Assembly (NCBI RefSeq): GCF_004010195.1
Contig: NC_057714.1
Span: 48,147,576 to 48,211,575, forward strand
Direction: 5' to 3'
DNA length: 64,000 bases
Source: Chiloscyllium plagiosum
Lineage: Eukaryota
The notes under the pieces were generated by a model, which worked only from the letters and a program-made list of their open reading frames with translations, did no database searches and was not told the DNA's origin. Made by a program: the position numbers and the translations under genes. Numbering within the stretch: position 1 is the stretch's first letter; every line of letters begins with the position of its first letter. Of the stretch, positions 28,564 through 40,772 are shown in pieces.

Positions 28564-28850
28564 CTACAGCTGCTGAAAGGCCTGGGGACAAAAAAAAGGA
28601 GAAAACTTTTCAACCTCGAGCTCTCTCCATTTTACTTCTTCATTTGTATAACAACTGAGACAACTTCCCCCGTCAGTGTCCGGAAGAAAAAAGAGAATCA
28701 AGGAGCTAATCTCCCTTCGGCAATTAATTAAAACATTATTTTACTTTTTTACCAACAAAATAGATGTGTCTTCAGCGCCGGCCTAACACTGCATACTGGT
28801 CCCTGTAGTCTCTCTGCTCCACAAGCTGCTCTCAAACAGGCGATGGTGCC
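28564..28850 (-). other. INVS: Putative non-coding 5' exon of a divergent gene (INVS by synteny); upstream boundary uncertain
   Basis: Minus-strand donor AG|GTAAAT at 28564/28563 just beyond the CpG island; INVS lies head-to-head with ERP44 in human. No INVS protein sequence was seen, so the name is inferred. Confidence 0.35.
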
Positions 28851-28861
28851 GTGACTGTGAA

Positions 28862-28880
28862 ACTACAACTCCCGAGATGC
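28862..28880 (+). promoter_or_regulatory. ZNF143/Staf (SBS) motif
   Basis: ACTACAACTCCCGAGATGC closely fits ACTACAnnTCCCA(G/T)(A/C)ATGC, a motif enriched at vertebrate bidirectional promoters. Confidence 0.75.
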
Positions 28881-29034
28881 TATGAAGTAGCACAGGAAGT
28901 GTTTGCGCATTGTTCTCCCCGCCCCTCCCGAAGCAGCGGCTTGTGGTTCCGGAGGCGGCCTGCGGTGTAAGTGGAGCGGAGAGAGGGAAGCAGTGTGGAA
29001 GCCCCACCGGCCAGCCCACTCACTCACCACTACC

Positions 29035-29097
29035 ATGAAACCTACAGCGCCTCTGCAGCTCTCTCACTCCATACGGCACATCCTCCTCTTCCTGCTG
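29035..29097 (+). CDS. ERP44: ERP44 coding exon 1 (signal peptide, MKPTAPLQLSHSIRHILLFLL)
   Basis: ATG in ACCATGA context inside the CpG island; 63 nt ending CTG|GTGAGT (phase 0); hydrophobic signal-peptide-like end; splices in frame to the next two exons, which match the ERp44 N-terminus. Confidence 0.88.
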
Positions 29098-29205
29098 GTG
29101 AGTTCCTTTACTGATTTTAGTTCAGTCTCTGGACTTGGAGCGGCCCCCCCCTCAAAAGCCGGTTGGACAAGGCGGTGAGCCTGAGTCCGCCGCAGTCTGG
29201 TTGGC

Positions 29206-29233
29206 GGGGTCGGGGTCGGGGTCGGGGTTGGGG
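29206..29233 (+). repeat. (GGGGTC)n repeat, five G4 tracts
   Basis: GGGGTCGGGGTCGGGGTCGGGGTTGGGG about 110 nt into ERP44 intron 1. Confidence 0.8.
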
Positions 29234-30179
29234 TGTGTGTGTGTGGAAGAGGCCCTGTCTGTGCCGCCACTCTCTGAACTGTGGCCCCAGGTCATTACCC
29301 CCCCCCGAGGCTTCAAGGCTCGCCTCTTGATTGTGACAAAATAAGATGGAGTTTAACCGGCGTGTCGTCGCCTTGGTTTATATAACTTAGCGCCGTCTTG
29401 TTCTGTATTTTCCATTCATTAGCCGCCGGTTTAATCTCCCGGATCTGCCCGTCCGTCCTGTGTGTGTGTCCACTTTTCATAGGTGGAGAGTTCAGGCCCG
29501 GCACCCGGAAACAGAGAGGTGTAATGCTGCTTCCTTATCCATCCAAACCAAACCTGGCCCACAGAGAAACATTTTCATTTCATTGGAATGACCTGATTAT
29601 AGTTCAGCAGCAAACAATTGAATTTATATCCAGCTTTTTTTACTGAGACAAAACGTTCAGAAAATCCCCACTTGACAGTGATCTGAAAAAAATGGACTCA
29701 GAACTAATGAAGGAGATATTAGAGGAGCGATTAATAGTTTGGTGGGGGAAAGGAAAAGTTGCAGAGAATTCCAGTGAGTTGGGGCTTGACGAGGCAGCCG
29801 CCAACGGTCCACCATTTGTACGAGGGGCGAGAGATTGATGGGCATAGATTACTGGCAGAACTGTGGGAGGTTACTGAGATAAGAGGCACGGCTATTAGAT
29901 TTAAACATAAGGATATTGATGTTAAATCTCAGGCGTTGGAGTACAAAGAGCCAGGCTGACTACTGGAGATTATGGAAGGTGAAGGAGGCGTTTTGGAATA
30001 ATTGTATGAAGGAAACAAAGATGTGGATTAAGATTTCACTCTTTCATGTGGCCTGAGACACAGATAGAAGCCTTTGTGATGGACAGTCAGAAGTTCAACA
30101 CAGATTTCACAGGACAATTAAATTGCAAACAATATAGCTCATTCTGATTGTGGGGACAAAGGATAGGTGACAACAGTGG

Positions 30180-31100
30180 CAAAGGTATAAAGTTTCTGAC
30201 AGGATAGGTAATGGTTTCAGTTTCACATGTATATCTCAGAAATGTTGAGGAAACCAGATACAATAAAGGTGTTAAATTCCAACAAATCCGATTTGTTGTG
30301 GGATATCTGTATTCCAGATCCTAATCAATCTTTTCAGTACAGTTATAATGCTGGCAATATCTATCTTTATAATATGCAAAATTGCCCAGGAATGTTATAT
30401 CTACAACACAGGACAATCTGGCTAATTACTAGTTCATTATTTAAATCATGATTTCAATCAAAATGATGGAAAGAGTTGTCAACGGTGCTGTGAAGTGGTG
30501 ACTGCTGATTTGAACATAAGTGAAAGCAGGTTAGCGATTTAGGTTTTGCTGGAACTGCTTGGCCATAGACTTCATTGTAGCACAAGTCCAAAGGTGAAGG
30601 TAAGAATGACTGCCCTTGATATGAAGGCAACATTTAACTGAGTAACACAAATGAGTGCATCATTAGGAACAGTGGCAAACACTCTCGTGGCTGGGATTCA
30701 TACTGGCACAAGAGCAAATAGTTGCTGAAGGCAGTCATCTTGAACTCAGAACATTGCTTCAGGAATTCCTCAGGACAATATTACATACACCTATCATTCA
30801 TTGCTTCGTCAAAAATTTTTCCTCCTTCAAATTCAGTGGTCAGATCCAAGATGGTTCTTTCACAGCATCTCCCGAAGCTACATTCTCTGGGTTCATGTGC
30901 ATGTTGGATACCATGCTGGTTTTGACTTAATTTGTTGTTCCTTTCATTCGTGTTTTTAAAAACTTGGAGTTCCATACATAATAGTATTGTGAGAGCATTT
31001 CCAGTCCATAGCCTGCAATGGTTCAAGAAGGCAAGCTTCTACCATATTCTCAAAAAAGTAAGTCAGCAATAAATACACCCACATCTGAAGAATTAATGCA
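30180..31100 (+). mobile_element. Highly decayed CR1/L2-clade LINE (family of 1-1820)
   Basis: TTCAGTACAGTTATAATGCTGGC..., GGTTCAAGAAGGCA...CAATAAA 3' end similarity. Confidence 0.55.
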
Positions 31101-32354
31101 AAAATACTTGTAGTTGATTCAAGACTGGATGCCAGACACACAATCAAAAATGTGTGTTGGAGCAATCAAGAAAGTTGGAGCAGTCAATCCCTGGTCTTAC
31201 CAGTGTACATTTGAGATATGGCCCAAATGTGCTTTATGATGCTATCAAGGAGTAACATGAAGATGAAGACATCAATAATTCCCAGAAATTATAGGACAGT
31301 ATTAAAGATGAAAGATGATTGCACAGATGTCAGTGAGAGAGGTATTAAGATGTGAGGCAAAAGAAAAAAAATCAGCTGATTTTTCAGTCACAAAACAAGG
31401 TCTATTGTGACAAAGAGAATGTCCCTACCTTGGAGCCAGGAGGCCGAGGATCCAGTCCTACCTGTTCTAGAAGTGTATACTGCAATACCATCTCTGACCA
31501 GTTTGATCAGAAAGTATCTAAAATTGAATAAATTCACAATTCATCGAATGAACACAGATGTTTTCGATAAATTTTAGGCAAAGTATATGAAATGGTGATG
31601 AAAACAGAATTAGAGAATTCAAAGAGAATAAATAATTAATTACAATTAATTTAAATAATTAATAAGAGGGGGAAGTTCTAAGTGGGCTGCTGTTTTAAAG
31701 AGATGACACAATAGGATGTGTGGGTTCTTTTGCTACAAAGTTTTGAGATTCTCATTTTTCTAAAGGCATTGCTTAGTTTTAATATTACTGATATCTTTAA
31801 ATGCTGAATGTGCATCTTCAGCATAAATTTTGCTGAATCAATAAATCAGTCAATTCTTGTTTAATTCATTTGCATTTTTTGGACTGAAATATTTCATATT
31901 TCAGAGAAACTAAAATGATATCTTGAACAGTTAAGACCAAAGTAAATCATGTGGACTTATTCAGATAATTCTGATTTCTCAGTGGAGGTCCTAACATTCA
32001 ACCCAACATTGGAGACGTCGCAATCGTGCTTGCTTATTTTGACACGTCATCGCAAGTGAATGAGACTAACTGATTATGAACTAGGACTAACTAACTACAT
32101 TTAATGTTTCACATGCAGCCAACAGGATGCTTTGTAACTTGCTGATAGGTTTTGCTGTAAATAAATTACGAGCCAAGTTAGAGAAGATTGAATGATGTAG
32201 TCATGGCCTTATGTCTTAGGCAACTAGGTTGGAGATTGTTTTAGACCTGTAAAGCCTGACAATATTGCCCTTTAATGTAACATTACACATCTTTGAGTAA
32301 ATAAAACTATATTGTGATGAATCAGCCTCTTCCATTGGGGTTAGCAATTCAAGG

Positions 32355-32745
32355 ACTCAGTGTCAGAGATGTACAGCACAGAAACAGGCCCTTTGGTCCA
32401 AATCGTACATGCCGACCAGAAATCCGAACCTAATCTAGTCCCATTTGCCAACACTTGGCATATATACCTGTACCCATATGCACCTATTCATTTACCCATC
32501 CAGACGCCTTGTAATGTTGTAATTGGCAGCTCATTCCATACATGCACCACCCTCTGTGGAAAAAGTTGCCCCTTAGGTCCCTTCTTGAAAGTTTTCCCTC
32601 TTGCCCTAACCTATGCCCTCCAACTCTGGACTCCCCCACCCCAGGGAAAACACCTTGTCTATTTACATTATCCATGCCCCTCATTTTATAAACCTCTATA
32701 AGGTCACCTCTCAGCCTCTGCTGCTGCAGGAAAAATAGCCCCTGA
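32355..32745 (-). mobile_element. CR1 LINE 3' fragment
   Basis: LFFLQQQRLRGDLIEVYK...GHRL...DLRGNFF. Confidence 0.85.
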
Positions 32746-35700
32746 TTCATGTTCCAACACACTTGGCTTTGGTAAGTGAGACTTTTCAGTGCTTTTTATG
32801 GCAATTAAAGGCATTATGACCCATCCCCAATAATCCTTTAAACTCAATGTCTTCTGATCATTTATTTGGTGAAGTGAATGGGTGGCATGGTTTTCATTGG
32901 AAGCAGCAATTTCTGATTATTCTGGAAGCTTCAGTACATGTTGGTTTTTTAAATGCAATATTTCATCACAACCAATCAGTTGGGATAATAAAGGAGCAGC
33001 TGTACCTATAGAGAGAGTAATCCAGCTACACAAATGCATCTGAATTTGATGTTACAAATTTTTTGTTCTGTATCATGTAAATACAGACCGAAACTTTTGG
33101 CCAATTATTTGAAAGCTGTTTTGTCATGATTTGTATTCCTTACTATAGTCTTGCTTTAATGGAGCAGCCAAAATTGTGTTGATATAAGTGAACAATTAAA
33201 ACTAGAAATGCTAGAAAACCACAGCAGGTCATTCAGCATGAGAAATGATTAAAGGTGTAAATAAAAGCAAACTTTGTGGAGCTGAAGATCTGAAATAAGA
33301 CAAAGTGCTGGATAAATTCAGGTCCAGACAGCACCTGCAGAGAGAGAAATGGGAGTCAACTGTTCCAGTTGAAATTGACTCTTCTTCGGAAAGCAGATAA
33401 GTTTGAGTTATGTAACTTGTAACAAATTGAACGGGTAAACAGTTCGGTAAAATTGGAACAACCAAGATACAAGGTGAAGGCAAGGAAACCAACATGTCTG
33501 CTGTTATTTACAGGCTGTTAATGTGTTATATGACTAGAAAACAATTTAACAATTTTTTAAAAACTTGAGTAATAAAGAGGGAAAAATTGAAGATTATCAA
33601 TGCAGCAGAAATGAAAATAATTAAGTGCAAACTAAGCAAAGGTTGTAACAAGATATGTGTGCTGATAAATTTCAAACCGTTTCACCATCTTTCCTTGATC
33701 CAGTTACTACTGAAGGTTGAACCACACTGCAACTTCAGCATCCAGCTTTGTTCCAAGCTGTGCTCGCCCAGCTATGTCTGAACTCTCCATTTCACTTAGC
33801 CTTTCATAAGCCTCAGCTTGTCAAAAATATGCTAACGATATTCTATGCTGTTACATTCCCCTTGTCCATCAACCTTTCTTCATTAGTTCTGTCCTATCAA
33901 GATGTCCGATTCACATTTCTCATCCACATTTTATAGTCTCTACTTAGCCAAATCCCTCGATCATCTGCTAGCTCTACAAGACTCCAAGAAGTCAGACTCC
34001 CCACCCCTCCACCACACCCTTTTTTTGGGGGAGTGCATACTTTCAGCTCTTTAAAAACCCCATAATTTGGCGTTTGTTAAACAGTCTCCATCTATTACTC
34101 CTCTTTTTTTGTATAGGCCTTGTTAAAAGCCACTTCTTTATAACTAATCTTTTTGTCATTACCTGAAATCTTCTCTGGCATTACATTTTATGTAATGGTT
34201 AAACTTGTGTGAAGCTTCTTCAGGATTATTTTGTTAAAGGTGTTAGATTAATACAAAATGATAATTGTTAAGTTTCACTTTACAGTAACAGTATCTTTTG
34301 TTATGGGCATAAGCATGTATATAATTGCAGTATTCAATAAATCTTAATATTGAGTCTAATTTGAATCATTCTAAAATCTAGGGTTGATTTGCTTTTGTAC
34401 AATGTATTTAAACTTATCTGAGGTACTCTTCATTTCCCATCATACACAAGCTGAACTCAAACAGCTATTTTGAAAGTGTAGATATTCATTCCTAAGCTTT
34501 CTATGCATAAATAGTCATTGTCTTTCATGTATTCTATATTATGAAATTATTTGTAGTTAAGAGTACTTAATTAGCTATGAAAACTTACAACATCCTTGTG
34601 ATGATAATTACTACTAAAATGTTTAAACTACTTTATTCATTTCAGTTAGGTTGTGGCTTTCACAAAGTGCTTTGGAAATACCAAGTGTATTGGCTATTGT
34701 ACTGCACGGAAACAGCTTATTTATGTGACAATTTATTTATGGACAGTATTGAGCTAATTTGACCTGTTCACGCAGTAGCCATGTCAGTGAGGACACAGGG
34801 AAGACTTCTCTGTTTTCAAATAGTGCACTTCAGATCTCTTTTGGGAGGCAGATGCAACCCAACATAACGTTTCACCTGAAAAACCGAATCTCTTCAGTCA
34901 AGTATTGGAATGTTAATCAACATTTAGTGATCAATCTCTACAATGAAGTATGACCCCAGAGCCTCTTGATTTAAATGAGAGCATGCCAAAATTAACAATG
35001 TATCAGTTTTGAATTCAAAAGAACAGTAATGCATGATAATCTCATCTTCCTGTGAATGGAAGTTTGTATTAGAACTCCCCAACACTTTTTGTTCTAAAGA
35101 TTTTGATTTGCTTTTCAAAATTCATTTTGAATTTTTTTACAGCTATACTTGGCAATAAGTAGTTACTTTGAGATAGTTAAGGATTAGCAACATACATTTG
35201 TCAGAGTGAATTGTTTTTTTTTTCAAATGTCATTAAGAGCTTTGGGAAATAATAGACAAATGATAAATTCATGTAAATTAATATTTGCAAGAGAGTTTAA
35301 GAGAACTAAAGTCTTATGAAGTTTGGAAATGTGCCAGATGGCTGCCTTGTGTGCTGTAAGATTACGATTCTTGATATTCTTTAATTGTGAACTGCATTAA
35401 TATATTCAATATTGAAATGTAAGACTTCTTGAAGCTTTTTAATCCATGTTTGAACACAAAATGACTTGGCTTCTTGCCAGCCAAATGTAGCGTGGTATAA
35501 ACATCCTGCATTTAAGGATGTTCATTGAGTAACTACCATTGAAGGTGTTTGCCAAAATTAATAAGTCTTCTGTCTTTTGATTTCTTTGGAAAAATAATGC
35601 AGGGAGTGGTATCTATGTTTTACAAACACTGTTTTATTTTTCCACTCATCTTGAAGTTTGATTGTGATAACAGTGCTGATTAGATCTTAAATCATGTCTG

Positions 35701-35929
35701 TTAATAAATGTAGCTTGCACATCATCTCAAAAAGTAAAATAATTTTGCTTATTTTTAAATAAAATTGCTGGCTTTCCTTCATTAGGAATGCATTATTAGT
35801 TGATCTTGTTTAAAATTGTGGATCAGAAGACCTAGCCAACAACTGAAATTAGAAAACCAGATCCTGTTATCACCAGGTGCATCCTCAGTAATAATACCTT
35901 TATGATATGGTTAAAAGTGGGGCAGCTAA

Positions 35930-36420
35930 TGGTTTCAACATGTTCAACTTTGTTAACAACAATTCCATGCCCAACTTCAGCAAGATGCTCTAGAGGCCCG
36001 TGATATTAGGGTACCTGGGGAGGAGGGTAGGGTGTGTGTGCACAGATACCAGTAATTATGATCTTTCCACTTTTTTTGTTCCGAAATTTTGGCTACTTTC
36101 CTGATCCACAGCTCCCAAATGCTGGAAGCCATCCTTGTGCTTTTGTTACCCTCATTCTGAGTGGGGTAGTGTCTTCTGAAAATTTGCAAACAAATTTGCA
36201 AAATACTGTGACCTTTGGACTTTTCAATCACAGGAAGCTGCAGCTTTTCACTGCTGACCATGTTGACACAAACTATCGCAGTGACACATTCCTTGCTTCG
36301 CTTTCCACCATTACAAATTTTATGTCTAAACATTAAAGAACAATGTGGCAAAAAGCAAAAAACACTCTGATTACATCTCCATTAAAAATGACACTTAGTG
36401 CATATCTGTTCAGGACGTTA
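35930..36420 (-). pseudogene. Decayed Tigger/pogo DDE transposase fragment
   Basis: CNGGKRSKECVTAIVCVNMVSSEKLQLPVIEKSK...NKSTRMASSIWELWIRK resembles the pogo/Tigger GGKxSKERxTxxxCxNxxGSEKLxLxVIGKS...NxxAWMT..F..W block. Confidence 0.75.
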
Positions 36421-36444
36421 GACAGACCATTCACTTCTGAAGTC

Positions 36445-36610
36445 GATAATGTGGTGCTGGAAAAGCACAGCAGGTCAGGCAGCATCCAAGAAACAGGAAA
36501 ATCGACGTTTCGGGCAAAAGCCCGTCATCAGGCTTTTGCCCAAAATGTCGATTTTCCTGCTCCTCTAATGCTGCCTGACCTGCAGTGCTTTTCCAGCACC
36601 ACTCTGATCT
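36445..36610. mobile_element. Fold-back Penelope-derived short element with intact hammerhead core on - strand (36504-36531)
   Basis: ~75-nt inverted arms; minus strand reads CTGATGA-CGGGCTTTTGCCC-GAAAC-GTC. Confidence 0.75.
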
Positions 36611-37629
36611 AAACTCTATGCCCACAACCCCTGGGCATCCCCTCATAGTCACATATCATTCAAGATACAATGCAGTGACCACCCCACCTCCAGAAACAAT
36701 GTAATGCAAATCATCCCTTAATGGTCAAATCTGTTGCAAATCATTTTTTGTTTTGTAACTTTCGGGGAGTAGTCAAATTCCAACTGTAATGTTCTCATTG
36801 ATTTCTGGATGAAAGTGTAAATCATCCCTGAATGGCAAGGAAATGGCCATGTAAACCTCCCACATTCCACCTATAAGACAAAGACACACCACCTTATTTC
36901 CTGCGGCATTTTATTTGAGGTCGGTAGAGCAAGTTAACTCTTTAATATCTCAACCTGAAAACTTGGATTTGAAGCAATGGGCAAAGAAACCAACAGCAAC
37001 ATGAGGGATCTGTGACCTGAAACTCGGGTGTAGGTTCAATTGGATAAGTACTTGGGTGCTTCAGGGAACAAGACAACAGGGAAAGAGCAGGGAATTAGGA
37101 TTAACAGGATATCTCTACAAGCAGGTATGCTGGTTTAATTGGCTTGTTCTTGTGTTGTTCTGATTTGTACATTTTCCTGTGCCATTTGCACAGTTACATT
37201 TAACTTCCTTTACAGTTTCTTTCAACTCTGGATGTACATGTTTTAGCGACACTGGTTTGTGTTCAGCATCCATGGATTCCTGTTAAACTGAGATCTATGA
37301 GATAATGTGTTCGTGAAGTTTGTTTATATTGTGAATGTTTGGTGACTTACCCCTATCAAATCGATGACAGTATGGGAAGGTGATACTCATGAGAACAACA
37401 CCTGCAATTTTCTTTCCATACCCCACACTGGACTTATTTTGTGCCATCTATCAAATTGGCACTGGGCCAACATTTTCTAGCTACCGCTAATGTGAAACTT
37501 TCATTGCTAAGGAAAATGTACCTGTTAGGGGAAAAAAGTACATCATCATTAAGAATACATTGGTATATGTACCTATAAACCTTTCTCTTCCCCCTTCCCA
37601 TTTTCCTTGATAATATGTACTTATTGTTC

Positions 37630-38115
37630 GAAACATACGATAAAGGAATAAGAGTAGGCCATTTCCCCTTTCAGTAAGATTATGGCTGATCTGATTCTAA
37701 CCTCTATTCTACATTCCTGTATATCCCCAATAATCTTTTATTCCTTTGGTATGCAAGAATTTATCTCTGCCTTAAAAATATTTTAAAATTCTGTATCCAC
37801 TGCCTTTTGAGGAAGGGAATTTCAAAAATTCACAATCCTCTAAGAGGAAAGAAATGTTTCCTCATCTCTGTTCTAAACGGGCACTCCAATTACTTTTAAA
37901 CTATGATACTCGTTCTAGATTCTCCTACAAGAGGAAAGATCCTTTCAACATCTACCTGTTCAAGACCCCTCAGGATCTTGCATGTTTCAATTAAGTCACC
38001 TCCAACTGTTTTGAACTGTAGAGAATACAGGCCAAGCCCATCTATTCTTCATGAGGCTCATTCCAAATATTAGTCAAATAAACTTCTATGAACTGCTCCA
38101 GTTCATTAACATCCT
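37630..38115 (-). mobile_element. CR1 LINE 3' fragment (related copies 48620-48780 -, 49385-49640 +, 54700-55050 -)
   Basis: Shared 3' UTR (GGAATAAGAGTAGGCCATT...GATTATGGCTGATCTG) and VNLWNSLP motif. Confidence 0.7.
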
Positions 38116-38118
38116 TCA

Positions 38119-38429
38119 GGAGGTATGGTGATCAGTGCCTCACAGCGACAGGAACCCAGGTTTGATTCCAGCCTTGAGCAGCTGTCTATGTGGGCTTCCT
38201 CTGAGTGCTATGGTTTCCTCCCACAATCCACAGATCTGCAGGTTAGGTGGATTGGTCAGGCTAAATTGCTCAAAGTGTCCAGGGGTGTGTAGTCCAGGTA
38301 GAGTAGCCATGGGAAATGGAGGGTTACAGGGATAGGATGGGGGTGATGGGTCTGGGTGGATTGCTCTTCAATGTGAACTCAATGGGCTGAATGGCCTACT
38401 TACACACTTTAGGGATTCCATGATTCTAC
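38119..38429 (+). mobile_element. HE1/V-SINE (decayed)
   Basis: GCCTCACAGCG...GGTTTGATTCC, GGTTTCCTCCCACA, GGGATTCCATGATTCTA tail. Confidence 0.75.
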
Positions 38430-40589
38430 TCTACTCCAGATGCGCACTTGACAATGCTGTATATAACTGAACTGTTGCGCAATAATACCATTGGGTCAAA
38501 CGTGCTGGTTTGTGGAACCAGGCTAAAAGAGGCCTAGCAAGGTACGTTTTAAAGGTACCTTTTGGCTAGGAGGAACAGAACTCCTAACCCTGTAAGGAAG
38601 GTTTGGGCCTCTTTGACTTGACTTTTGTCAAGGGTTTCTAATGGCAACCCCCTACCTTTTGGGCACTCATTTCTCTTTTGGACTAGGGAGTTATCAAGTG
38701 GCATATTATGCTGATCTGATAAGGTCAGTTGAGCTTGACTGCCGTTGCTCCCAGCTAGGCAGTTACTTTGCCATGTTCTCATCTAGGGGTTAAAATTAGA
38801 ATCAAGATATCAGCCAGATGGTTATTCTCTGCACTTTGAAAGCTTTGATAGTTCCTAAAATTGTAGAATGACTGCCTAAAACTGAACAGCTTTAGTAATA
38901 CATCTCATTGCTGTTCTATAATAAAAAGTAACAGTATACCATCTCTGCCCAATCTCTTTCAGCCTCCTCCTTAATGAGCTTGATACCATTCATTAAATGT
39001 TTCCTGTTTATTCCAAGTATATATGCCATTGAGGTAATCTGTATTGAATTCTACTTGCAAATGTTGTCAAGGTCTTTGTTAGGTCTTAGCAACATTAGGA
39101 GAGTCCACTGCTTTAAAACTCCTATGCAAGTAAGTAACTGTGTGCTCTTTGAATCACACTCATAATTCTGGAATTGATTTTGGGGTGAGATTAGAATTCT
39201 ACATTCGACCTCTTTTCTAAACGAAACACCCTATACCTTGAATAAGTACCACCTGTTCCTTATGTGACATTTTGCTGGAAAGTTTCAAGGTAAATAATCT
39301 GAAGTACATGCAGCTAATTAAAATAATGTAAGTAGATAGCACAATCTGACAAGATTAGTCTTTGAGTCCTCTAGCAAAGCATTGTGTGTGCCTAATGGGA
39401 AATTTTATAGGGTTATAAAAACAGGAAGCATTACAGGTGGTGACCTAATTAAGTAGTAATTGGAATTTTGCTTTACCACCGATGGATTCAGATTAATACA
39501 CAAATTCAGTGTATTTGTGGGGTTCAGGTCTCAATCCATCTTGTTGTTCCTCCCTGTAATTAAATGGCATTTGTATGCCATGAATGCTCATTATATTGAA
39601 ATATTTTGTAATTGTGTCATCTTCATGATAAAGTGAACATCTTTATGGCAATTCCATTCATGCTCTTTAAACATGACATGAAGCAGTTGGCTTTATACAG
39701 TAGTATCCGAGGTCCTTGGTTTTACTTGTTTGAATTTGTTGCACAAAGAAAGAGAACAGAAGAATGGTAGTTGCACAAGGACTTTGAACTAGCAAGAGGC
39801 AATGAATAGTGAATGGCTGCTGAATGAATCCAAGCAGGATCCAAGGGAGAACAAAAGATGGGGTCAGAGAGATTGAAGAGTAAAGTGGGAGCAGTGATAG
39901 TGGGAACAGTTAGTCATAGGTCAATCTAAATAAAAGCAAAATACTGTGAATGCTGGAAATCTGAATTCACAGCAGTGCTGAAGAACTCAGCAAGTCTGGC
40001 AGCATCTGTGGAGGGAGAAACAAAGTTAACTTTTCAAGTCCAGTATGACTCTCCTTCAGAATTGCTCCGAAGGTCTGTGCGTACACGAGTTCAACCCAAG
40101 ATCTCAGCTTGCAGATACATTTTAGGGCTTTGAGTGTAGCTACATTTTAAATGTTGCTACTGGGAATAACTTCAATCAACATCCTTTACAGAGCACAGAA
40201 AAGATCTCAGCTTGCTGAGCCTGCGCATTCAGCCATATTCACCTGGATAGTGAATACAGCATTGAACAACAGTGAGAAATTCAATAAATAGTGAACACAA
40301 AGACAGATTATTTCTTCCACAGTGAAGGAAATGTCCCTAACTCCCTCTAACTATACATACATGGGAGTACATATAGCTCTTGTGACTAAGCTAGTCTGAA
40401 CGAATAATAATGAATGAAGTGAAACAAATGTAACATGAAATATTTACAAGTAAAATTCAAACTAGAAAAGCGCATGTGCCACCTCTGTAATCTTTGAGCC
40501 TTCATGTTGAAGGCATGGAGTTAAGCAAGAAAGTTACCTGCATGGTGGAGAGGTCCCCCTGTTCATCCCAGAGACAACTTTATAACATA

Positions 40590-40772
40590 TGAGAAGGTGA
40601 GGACTGCAGATGCTGGAGATCAGAGTGAAGAGTGTGGTGCTGGAAAAGCACAGCAGATCAGGTATTCTGAGGAGCAGGAGAATCGAAGTTTTGGGCAAAA
40701 GCTCTTCATCAGGAACGCTCCTCGAATGCTGCCTGACCTGTTGTGCTTCTGCAGCACCACAAACTCGACTCC
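40590..40772. mobile_element. Fold-back Penelope-derived short element (degenerate hammerhead at 40685-40712, -)
   Basis: Same family as 24130, 36445 and 62660; inverted arms GGTGCTGGAAAAGCACAGCAG / CTGTTGTGCTTCTGCAGCACC. Confidence 0.7.

Larger units (their letters stand above)
28670..29500. promoter_or_regulatory. CpG-island promoter of ERP44, probably bidirectional
   Basis: The main GC/CpG-rich stretch of the window, surrounding ERP44 exon 1; contains ACTACAACTCCCGAGATGC (28862-28880), ACAGGAAGTG (28892-28901), CCCCGCCCC (28917-28925), TTCCGG (28947-28952) and CCGGAAG (28680-28686). Confidence 0.8.

Noticed and set aside
28200-29035. ERSE (CCAAT-N9-CCACG) or TATA box in the ERP44 promoter
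   Set aside because: CCAAT words are present upstream but without a correctly spaced CCACG; no convincing TATA.
28903-29178. 91-aa ORF as an independent gene
   Set aside because: It is ERP44 exon 1 read from a non-ATG start and on into intron 1.
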